DNA of 64,000 nt from positions 1 through 64,000 of the forward strand of contig JAYWIR010000114.1 of the NCBI GenBank assembly GCA_036172245.1, in the 5' to 3' direction. The position numbers and the translations under genes are program-made. This document shows positions 53,084 to 61,513 of the stretch, one piece after another. This stretch comes from Raillietiella orientalis. Lineage: Eukaryota. The number at the start of each line of letters is the position of its first letter. Within the stretch, counting starts at the first letter, position 1. The notes under the pieces are model-generated. The model did not search any database and was not told where the DNA came from. It was given only the letters and a program-made list of their open reading frames with translations.

Positions 53084-56000
53084 TCACGAAGAGGGGCCGA
53101 AGAACATCTCTAGGGGAACTGCCCGTTGAGAGACCGAGGATCGTCCCAAACCGTTCCCAAAGGGGACGAAGGGCAGCACAGTCCACAGCAGCGATTCCCG
53201 CTCTCCGCACCTGACACACGCAGGATCCACAACTCCTCTTGTCCAGTGAGAGCGGCGTGCGTTGCAGGGTAAACCCCAATGCAACAACAGCAACGCCGAC
53301 TCTTTCCACTTAAGGGGCAGGATCCTGGATTCCTGAAGAAGCGGGGGCCACTTCAGCACATCCATAGGGATGGCCAGCAGCACGCCCCATCTTCTTAGTC
53401 CTCGCGGCTGGACGCTCAGGGTCGTGGCGTCTGCCAGTTCTCCTGTTGTCCAGCCGCTGATCAACTTTTCGCGTCCCTCGATGCAGCAGGAGACTTGCCA
53501 CCTTGGCGTCAGGCTGCTGTGAAGTGCCCTCCTCAGGAAGGGCAGCGCCGTAGCTAGACAGGTCGTCTCTGCCCACGTGCATCTTTGCTGGACTCTCCAG
53601 GAGATTCCCCAGCGTGCAGCGGGCGTAGGGGCTGCATCGTAGACGATTCCACGTCTCGTGGCTTGTCTTGTTAACCACTGCCCACGTTCCAATATTTTCC
53701 TCCAGCCAGGCGGGGAGTTGGAGGGGCAGCAAACCATCCAGCTGTTCTCCTTGGCCAATGTTGCCATGCGCCCGAGCAGTAGGCCGCATCTTCGCATCTT
53801 CCGGCCACGGCTGAGAAGAAAAGACGCGAGTCCATCGCACCAGGACACACGGCTGGCCAGGAGGCGGGCTGGAGTGCACCAAGGGGTGCACCACATCTTC
53901 GCTGCGATGGCGAGGGTTCGCCACCGCAGCTGCTTCTCCACGCGCTCCAGCGTCAGGAGGCCAAGACCGCCGTCCCGACGCGGAGCGCACAAGTCCTTCA
54001 GTGGGACTCGGGGCCTCCCCTTGCCCCAAAGGGCGATACGGAGGAGGTCCTTCGTCCTTTTCTTGGATTCCACGGTGGGAGGGCAAACAAAAAGCAAGGG
54101 GCGGAGGATGGGGGCCGCGAAGGCGTTCCAAACCGCGGCCCGTTCCGGCAAGTGAAACTTGCCTTCCAGGAACGGGCCGATCGCCGTCTCGACTTTTTGG
54201 AGGCAGCTGGACCAAGCTTCCGCAGGGGAGTAGTCCCCCAGCGGCACACCAAGGTACTTGAAGCACCTCGCCGTGGGGATCCCCAGACGGACCCAGTCAT
54301 GCTGCCCTGCCCACGCCGCACCTATTGGCACAACCGACGACTTCGCCCTGTTAACCTGCAGTCCGGTCCCGCGGCTGAGCAGATCGAAGAAGTCTCCGAC
54401 CGCCTTCGCCGGGGTGGACATTGGCAACAAGAGCAGAAGATCGTCGGCGTACGCTGCTATGGCGGGCGTGCCGGGGCACGAGCTCGACAAGGGGGCCAAA
54501 GTCACCCTGTACGCTCTCAGCACCAACTCAAAGTAGGTGCTAAAGAGCAGGGGGCTGAGGCTATCGCCCTGCCTTATGCCCCGCCGCACCGGCACGCCAT
54601 ACACCTTCTGTCCACTGAAACAGACGGTAATCATCGCATTCCGCCAGCAAGAGCGCAGATAGGAATTCAGGGAGGGTGGGAAGCCCATGCGACCCAGGAG
54701 CTCCAAGAGGAGTTCCTGGTCTACACAGTCGAACGCCTTGTGGAGATCGACTGCGAGCGCTAGGGCCCCCTTCCCTGCCCGAGGGTCCCTTCCCAGCCCG
54801 GCTGGAGGCCCCAATGTGGGGTTGCCGACTTTCCCTATCCCTTTCTTCTCCCTTCTCTGCAGGTGCACCCATGTGCTTGCGAAGAAGAGGTTGGCATCCA
54901 TACTTCGCCCGGGAACAGCATAAGTCTGCTCCGGGCTAATTACGGATTCTGCCACCTGCCCCAGACGCGAAGCCCATAGCCCTGCTATCAACTTGGCGTC
55001 CGTATTCACGATTGTGATCGGACGCCAGTTCTTTAAATTCCTGAGGTCTCCCCCTTTCGGAAGGAGCCTCACTCTGGCTGACCGACACGAGGCGGGAACA
55101 TCGCCTTCGTCTCGGATCAGCCTGATCAACTTAAGCAGCAGGGGTGCCAGCTCTTCCGCGAAGCTCTGAAAGAACTCCGCAGGCAAGCCGTCTTCCCCTG
55201 GAGCTTTACGCCTCTTGAGCCTTTTGATACCGGCGAGAATTACGCCGGTGGTAAAAGGCTCGTCGAGGCTTTCCATCTCCTCCTCCCCTATTGCCGGGGT
55301 GCCATCCGGAAGCAAGCGTCGAGAGGCGTTTCGATCCGGGGGCTCCCTGGCGTAAAGGGAGGAATAAAAACTCCGAACGAGATGCCGTACCGACGCCGGG
55401 GACGAACATTCCCGGCCCTGGTCGTCCAGCAAGCTGGCCGACCCGGATTGCCAGGCTTGGCGTTCGGCCCCGGCGCGGTACTCGGCCAGGCGACGGACAT
55501 TAGGGGTTCTCTCGTACCTACGAGCCTGTAAATAGGCCCGATGGTTGCGAGCACCCTCGCCGAATCCGGGGGGCAGGCGATCCAGGGGGAACTGCTCACA
55601 GAACTCGCGGACCGATTCTTTAAAAAGGTCCCAGTCCTGGAGATTCCGGAACGTGACGCCTCTTAGGTATTCGCGAAGGTGTTCCTTCGCACCTGAGAGT
55701 CGCGTCCAGTCCCCCGGCAGACGCCAATCCCTGGATGGCGGTCCTTTGTCGCGAGGCCGCATCTCGAAAATTAGCCGGGAATGGTCCGACAACGTCGACA
55801 CAACCCTCCCCCGTTTGCCGACGCGTGAACACAGGTCAGCGTCCAGGAAGACGTGGTCGATGCTGCGGACCATTCCTTTCTCACCCGCGAACAAGTTGCG
55901 CGTACGCATGGCGGCGCACAACTCGTTCATCGCGTTCACTTGTGTTTCCGGCTCACCTGTTAGCAGGCGGAGATTGAAATCTCCCGCTATAAGGTGAGCC

Positions 56001-56305
56001 TTTCGCACATTGGTATCCGCCAGCCAGTCGCGCTTCAGGGTTTCCAGCAGCCTGGTGCGGTCGCGGTAACCCTGTTTGCCGCTGGGGCCATACACGTTTG
56101 TGACGATTAGGTCGATCGAGTCGGACCAGCGGAGAATCAGCTGACCGATCCGACCGTCGTCATCAAACCGCACGCCCTTTACGGCAGCGTCGATGGACGG
56201 CTTCACGAAGAACGCGACCCCGCAGGTGTTGCGGAGGCCGCATCGCCAATACAGCCGACCCCCCGCGATCGTCTCGATTTCCTGGGCGTCTGCCGCGGTG
56301 ATCAC
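53084..56305 (-). CDS. Y ORF2: APE endonuclease + reverse transcriptase; frame stays open upstream to ~56440, frameshift near the C-terminal Zn motif
   Basis: 1073-aa ORF with NVYGP, AGDFN, IDH, SDH; WRPITIVNTDAK, DLHKAFD, QGDSLSP, AYADD, KYLG; CVRC. The tail continues in ORF 52854-53309. Confidence 0.95.
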   Translation of the reverse strand: MITAADAQEIETIAGGRLYWRCGLRNTCGVAFFVKPSIDAAVKGVRFDDDGRIGQLILRWSDSIDLIVTNVYGPSGKQGYRDRTRLLETLKRDWLADTNVRKAHLIAGDFNLRLLTGEPETQVNAMNELCAAMRTRNLFAGEKGMVRSIDHVFLDADLCSRVGKRGRVVSTLSDHSRLIFEMRPRDKGPPSRDWRLPGDWTRLSGAKEHLREYLRGVTFRNLQDWDLFKESVREFCEQFPLDRLPPGFGEGARNHRAYLQARRYERTPNVRRLAEYRAGAERQAWQSGSASLLDDQGRECSSPASVRHLVRSFYSSLYAREPPDRNASRRLLPDGTPAIGEEEMESLDEPFTTGVILAGIKRLKRRKAPGEDGLPAEFFQSFAEELAPLLLKLIRLIRDEGDVPASCRSARVRLLPKGGDLRNLKNWRPITIVNTDAKLIAGLWASRLGQVAESVISPEQTYAVPGRSMDANLFFASTWVHLQRREKKGIGKVGNPTLGPPAGLGRDPRAGKGALALAVDLHKAFDCVDQELLLELLGRMGFPPSLNSYLRSCWRNAMITVCFSGQKVYGVPVRRGIRQGDSLSPLLFSTYFELVLRAYRVTLAPLSSSCPGTPAIAAYADDLLLLLPMSTPAKAVGDFFDLLSRGTGLQVNRAKSSVVPIGAAWAGQHDWVRLGIPTARCFKYLGVPLGDYSPAEAWSSCLQKVETAIGPFLEGKFHLPERAAVWNAFAAPILRPLLFVCPPTVESKKRTKDLLRIALWGKGRPRVPLKDLCAPRRDGGLGLLTLERVEKQLRWRTLAIAAKMWCTPWCTPARLLASRVSWCDGLASFLLSRGRKMRRCGLLLGRMATLAKENSWMVCCPSNSPPGWRKILERGQWLTRQATRRGIVYDAAPTPAARWGISWRVQQRCTWAETTCLATALPFLRRALHSSLTPRWQVSCCIEGREKLISGWTTGELADATTLSVQPRGLRRWGVLLAIPMDVLKWPPLLQESRILPLKWKESALLLLHWGLPCNARRSHWTRGVVDPACVRCGERESLLWTVLPFVPFGNGLGRSSVSQRAVPLEMFFGPSS

Positions 56306-56439
56306 GTGGATCTCCTGCAGCAGCGCCAGGTCGAGCTCACGCAGGGTGTCGGCTGTATCTCGCCTGTTGCCGTCGTCGCGCAGCCCGTTGACGTTCCAAC
56401 AGGCCGCGCGAATCTGACGGCGACTGGCGAGCCCAGGTG

Positions 56440-58339
56440 TTAGTCCAGGGAAAACGGCGATGCGGCGTCCGCCACCTGCTGGGACGGGACGCTAGGTGGG
56501 AGGGGAGGAGGGAGAGGTACTGAAGGCACCTTTTCCTCCTCCTCCATCGGTGCCGGCGCGTCGGCCGGATCATTCGCACGTGGAGTCGCGCCTACCTGTT
56601 CGCCTTCCTCCATGGGTTCGGGCTGCTCAGGTTTCGCGACTGCAGGGAGGACTTCTCCCCCCTGCTCTCCCTCCTCCATGGGGGTGGCCGACTCGACGGC
56701 TTCCGGGCGTGGGTAATCCCCCTCCGGGATTCCCACGCTGCCGCTTCCTTCCGGTTTCTCCTCCTCGCTGGTGGAGGGGAGGCGCCTCCTGGGTTTCTGG
56801 GACTTGCGTCCCGACTTCCTGGGGGGAGCCTCCGAGGAGGAGGATCCGCTTCCGGCCCCTAGGTCGCACTCACCTGCGGGGGCCTTCTTCGTCGGAGCCG
56901 ACCTGCGTACGCCCTTGCGCGACGGGGTTTCGCGCTCGGCGAACGTTGCTGCGAGCTCCTCCGCCGCTTTCTCGAAGGCCGCGTCTTCGCCAGCGGCGAC
57001 CGTTGCCGCGGGCTGCTCCGCGACCTTATCGAGCGCGGCGTCATCGTTGACGGCGAAGGTTGCCGCGGGCTCCTCCGCGACTTTATCGAGCGCGGAGTCC
57101 TGGCTGTCGGCGCGCGAGTCTCGCGTCTCACCCTCTACACGTAGATTGGGCTCGTCCACGCGAGTATTCATCGCGTCCGCATCAGCTGTTCCGCGAACAT
57201 TGCCGCGGGCGGACTCGGCAGGAACGGCTAAGCGTTCCAGTGCCACCGAGCATTCGCGGAGTTTTTTTTTTTGAAAGCGGCGCGGCTTTTTTCTTGTTGC
57301 CGGCAGTTTTCTTCTCCGAATTTTCTTCTATCATCACTTTCTTTTTTTTCTCTTTTCTGGCCTGAACCAGCTGCCAACCCTCCTCCATTCCCGCGTCCAC
57401 GGGAGCTATTTCCTCCGACGTCTGTGCGGGAGGAAGGGAGGCTGGCAGTTGGAAACGGCCATTTTCGCGAGCTGGTCTTTCTACCAGCTTTCCACGTTTT
57501 CCCTGCGCCTTTTTGGCGGCAGGGGGCACCGGGGTTGGGCGCTTGGGGCACACGCGCCGAACGTGACCCTTTTCGCCGCATAGGTGGCACACAATGTTCG
57601 GGCACCTTTTTCTTAGATGCTTTACTGCATTGCAGTAGCCACAAAATTGGCGTTTTCCCACGTATTAGAGGTCCACCGCTTCTTGGCAGACCTCCAGCTT
57701 ATGGGGAAGCGCACCACCCTCTTTTACCGTGATACGCGCCGCAGCTTGACCCCCGAAAAGGCTATTGTAGCCTTGGAAAATCGTGGACTTCGGCCACAAC
57801 GCGTGCACTTCTCCGTGCTTTTGAAGCTGTTCTCGAACCGCTGACCTCGTCATGCGACTTGAGATCCCAGTGAGATGGACCATCACCGAGCGGTCCATCG
57901 TTATCGGCAAGATCTTCCGACCATCAACGATCAGCGGGTCGGTGATCAGGTTTCGGGCCAAGGTGATATCCATGCATACCACCTCGACCCGCTGCCCGCC
58001 TCTGAGGACGCAGAGGCCGTCGAGATCTTTTTCAAAAATATTGGCGTCCTGCAGCGCCTTCGTAAAGGCGCGTGCAGTTCGCCCATCGAAAAGGTTGCCT
58101 ACCTTGTAGACTAGCGAGGGTTTATACCCCGCTTTCTTGTAGGCTTCCATCTCGGCCATGGCTTCCACGCTAGGCGCGGCCACCATGGCGCTCCAGGACC
58201 TCGGCGTCGCCGGGGACGATTCCGGGGTTGATGCCCCTGATCCAGTAGGCTGTGGGGACGAACAAGCCTCCATCACGCCTACTTCCATCGCGGTGTCCTC
58301 TGGCAACGCTGCCATCGGACACCGACGATGTGCACGCAC
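56440..58339 (-). pseudogene. Y ORF1 (gag-like, two CCHC knuckles); one stop (~57665) and a frameshift at the T-run 57262-57272
   Basis: ORFs 57665-58339, 57182-57661 (CGYCNAVKHLRKRC, CHLCGEKGHVRRVC) and 56440-57246. Confidence 0.88.
56935..57100 (-). repeat. 57-bp (19-aa) coding tandem repeat x3 in Y ORF1
   Basis: DSALDKVAEEPAATFAVND / DAALDKVAEQPAATVAAGE / DAAFEKAAEELAATFA. Confidence 0.8.
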
Positions 58340-58416
58340 AAATCACTTAAGAAGAAAAAACACTCGCTTTGCCACGCAGGCGGAGCGCAGGAAAAGCACG
58401 TCCGCTCTCCACAGCG

Positions 58417-61095
58417 GGGATTCGGCGAGGGAGTCAGGAACGAGCGGGCATACCTTCAGGCCTGCCGTTATTCCAGGCGTCCCGACCTCCGTCGCCTGGC
58501 AGAATTCAAAGCTGAGGCGGAGAGGCAGGCCTGGCAGTCTGGCTCGGCCTGTTTGCTGGACCATCAGGGCCAAGAACGCTCCAACCCAGCTCAGGTAAGC
58601 CGCATCGTACGAGAGTTCTATTCCTTCTTGTACGCGCCACTAACACCTGAGTGCCATTTCGGGCAGCGCGTGTTGCCGGATGGTGCTCTTGCGCTCAAGA
58701 AGGAGGATCGTTTCAGGTTGACGGAACCGTTTACAATGACGGAGATCATCTCAGCCATCAGCAAGCTAAAGATGAGGAAGGCACCAGGGGAGGACGGCCT
58801 GCCCGCGGAGTTTTACAAACACTTCGCGCCAGAGCTGGCGCCCCTGATGCTCAGACTAAGCACGCTGATTCGCGAACACTGCGAAGTTCCCGCCTCGTTC
58901 CGGTCAGCAAAAGTACGTCTCCTGCCGAAGTCAGGAGACTTACGCAACATTGGCAACTGGCGTCCCATCACAGTAGTGGATGCGGACGCAAAGTTGTATG
59001 CCAAGTTGTGGTCTGAGCGTGTGAATCGGGTGGCCGCTTTCGTGGTGAGTCAGGAGCAGACCTACGCTGTTCCCGGACGAACCATGGAGGCCAACCTGCT
59101 CCTCGCCAGCTCATGGTGGCAGTTGCGACAACGCGTTGCACAGGATGGTCAAGGGAGCCTCGCGCCCCCCTCTGACCAAGAAGATCAAGCAGAGGGTGGG
59201 ATGGACTCGGCGGGAGTCTTTGCCGTCGCATGCGATTTGCACAAAGCATTCGACTGTGTCGACCAGGATATCCTTCTGGAGCTCCCGGAACGCATGGGTT
59301 TCCCGGCCGTGCTCCAGTCTTACCTGCGCTCTTGCTGGCGCAACGCGTCTATTAATATTTGTTTCAGCGGCCGGTACGTGTACGGCGTGCCCGTGCGCCG
59401 CGGCATTTGGCAGGGTGACAGCCTGAGCCCCTTGCTCTTCAGCATCTATTTCGAGTTGGTGCTAAGGGCATACAGGGTAACTCTGGCAACCCTGCCGAGC
59501 TCGTGTGCCGGCACACCTGCCGTGTCAGCCTATGCAGACGATCTTTTGCTGCTGCTTCCCGGGTCCAACCCGGCGAGTGCGCTCGAGGACTTCTTCGAGT
59601 TGCTACGTCGTGGGACGGGCCTGGAGATGAACAGGGCGGAGTCGTGTATGGTGTATGTTGGCTCGGCGTGGGATGGACGGTCGGACTGGATCCGCTTGGG
59701 GATCCCCACAGGCAGGTGCTTCAAGTACCTTGGTGTTCCGTTGGGAAACTTCTGCGCAGCAGAAGTCTGGTCCGACCGTCTCCAAAAGGCAGCGTTGGCG
59801 ATCGGTCCGTTCCCAGAAAGCAAGTTCTACTTGCAGGAACGGGTCGCGGGGTGGAACACGTTTGCGGCTCTCCTTCTTCGCCCCCTACTTTTTGTGTGCC
59901 CCGCCCCATTATTTTATCCGAAAAAGAGCAACGGGCCTGCTGAGGACAGTCCTTTGGGGCAAAGGGAGGTCCCGTGTGAGACTCAAAGACTTGTGCGCTC
60001 TACGTAAGGACGGAGGACTTGGCGTACTTACGCTGGAGCACATGGAATTACAACTCCGCTTTAGGACTCTCGTCCTCGCGGCAGAATTGTGGGACACGCC
60101 TTGATGCGTTCCAGCACGCTTCCTGGCCCAACAAGCCTGCGGATTCGATGGACTGTTGTCGTTTCTGCTGACGCGCGATCTTAGAGAAGCACAAGGCGGC
60201 TTTCTCCTGCGTCGCATGTGCGTTGTGGTACGGAAGAACGCCTGGATCTCCTGCCTCTCAGGGAACTACTCTGCATGGCTGCACGAGTCAGTGTCCACCT
60301 GGGTAAGGATCCACGTTCCAGCGGGCACAAGAAACACTTGCCTAAAAAGGCACGTTTGCTGAAAACTGCAGGAGATCGTGCAGTCCCACGATAAACTTAT
60401 CTGGGCCCTGATAACCCCCCTTGCCCCAGTGTTGCCCTTCCTAATAAACGCCAGGGACAGTAGGAAGCTGGGGAAATGGACCGTGTCCTGCACCATTGGC
60501 GGCAGGACACAACCGATAAAGGCGTGGACATCTTGGCAGCTAACGGACGCTGCGACGCCGAGTGTCCCGCCCAACGGAATTCGACGCTGGGGTGAGCTAC
60601 TCGGACTATCTCCGGAGGAGATGAAGTGGCCCCCAGCGTCCTGGAACAGTGGATCCCTCCCCCTTAAATGGCAGGAGGTGGCGTTGCTTGTAATACATTG
60701 GGGCTTACCCTGTAAACCACGCCAGTATCACTCAACCCGGGGAGCTGTGGATCCCCAGTGCGACCGGTGCGGGGAAAAAGAGACTTTTCCCCACCTTCTT
60801 CTGAAGTGTGGTGCCGTCAGTCCTTTATGGGATCGCCGCAAGGCGATCCTGGATTTGCGCGGATGTGGCCCTAAGGACGTTCTCAGGCCCCTCTTCTGTC
60901 GTGACTCCTTGTCCCCCCCGCTTCTGTAGCAGTCCTCTGCTGCATTCGAGGGATCGTGGCGGCTTGGAGCGCCACCAGAAGAAGACGTCAGCCAATTGGC
61001 AATGCCTAACGTTTCACTCGCCTATTCGTGCGAGCTGCTTGCAAGTGGCGCCACTTAGTCCCAGAGAGGACTCAGCTTGTCCGGATCCTGAATAG
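58417..61095 (+). pseudogene. A3 ORF2, 3' part: reverse transcriptase + C-terminal Zn motif, frameshifted
   Basis: ORF 58328-60007 (KAPGEDG, DLHKAFD, QGDSLSP, AYADD, KYLG) and 60378-60929 (CDRCGEKETFPHLLLKC). End coordinate is approximate. Confidence 0.92.
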
Positions 61096-61355
61096 GATCT
61101 AGAAGACCTATCCCCGCGCACAGTGATCCCTTCCCTGCCCTCCCACCCCTGAAACATTTGTTTCCTCCCACATTTCAACTTTTTGTTTGTTTCTGTTTTT
61201 TCTTTCCCAACCCCCGCGCATTGGAAGGACCTCGCCGGCATAGTGCCGGCAGCCAGCAAACTATTTTGGTGGGGTGAACCCTCGGGTTCTCCACTCGATA
61301 ATGTATTGCGCTCTTGTTTATTTTAAATAAATGCCCCGGCATATCCGGGTGAAAA

Positions 61356-61366
61356 CTCATCCCGGA
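61356..61366 (+). repeat. Target-site duplication CTCATCCCGGA, right copy (A3)
   Basis: Identical to 47236-47246. Confidence 0.9.
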
Positions 61367-61513
61367 GCGTCAAACGACGTTACGCGGAAATGAGCACTCG
61401 ATTTCGTGCAGCACCAAGGAGGACGGTGGCGACCGTGATCTCCAGTCAGCAGTGCTGCTCACCGTCCGCTCGCCGGGTAAAGCGGGCAAAATGCCGCCAA
61501 CTTCCCAGCATTA

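Larger units (their letters stand above)
52650..58415 (-). mobile_element. Y: full-length (~5.75 kb) A-lineage L1/Tx1-like LINE, best-preserved copy
   Basis: 5' UTR with GGACGTG, ORF1, near-intact ORF2, and 3' UTR with AATAAA + CCCGGG hairpin. Confidence 0.95.
47247..61355 (+). mobile_element. A3: full-length L1/Tx1-like LINE (~5.6 kb own sequence) with perfect 11-bp TSD, interrupted by the X/Y dimer
   Basis: 5' UTR, ORF1 and ORF2 that breaks at ..FPLERLSPGFG (49900) and resumes at GFGEGVRNERAYLQA (58417), exactly as contiguous in Y ORF2. Ends in a 3' hairpin. Confidence 0.9.

Noticed and set aside
58328..58416. N-terminus of the 559-aa ORF 58328-60007 as a genuine start
   Set aside because: These codons are the antisense 5' UTR of Y fused by chance to the interrupted A3 ORF2.
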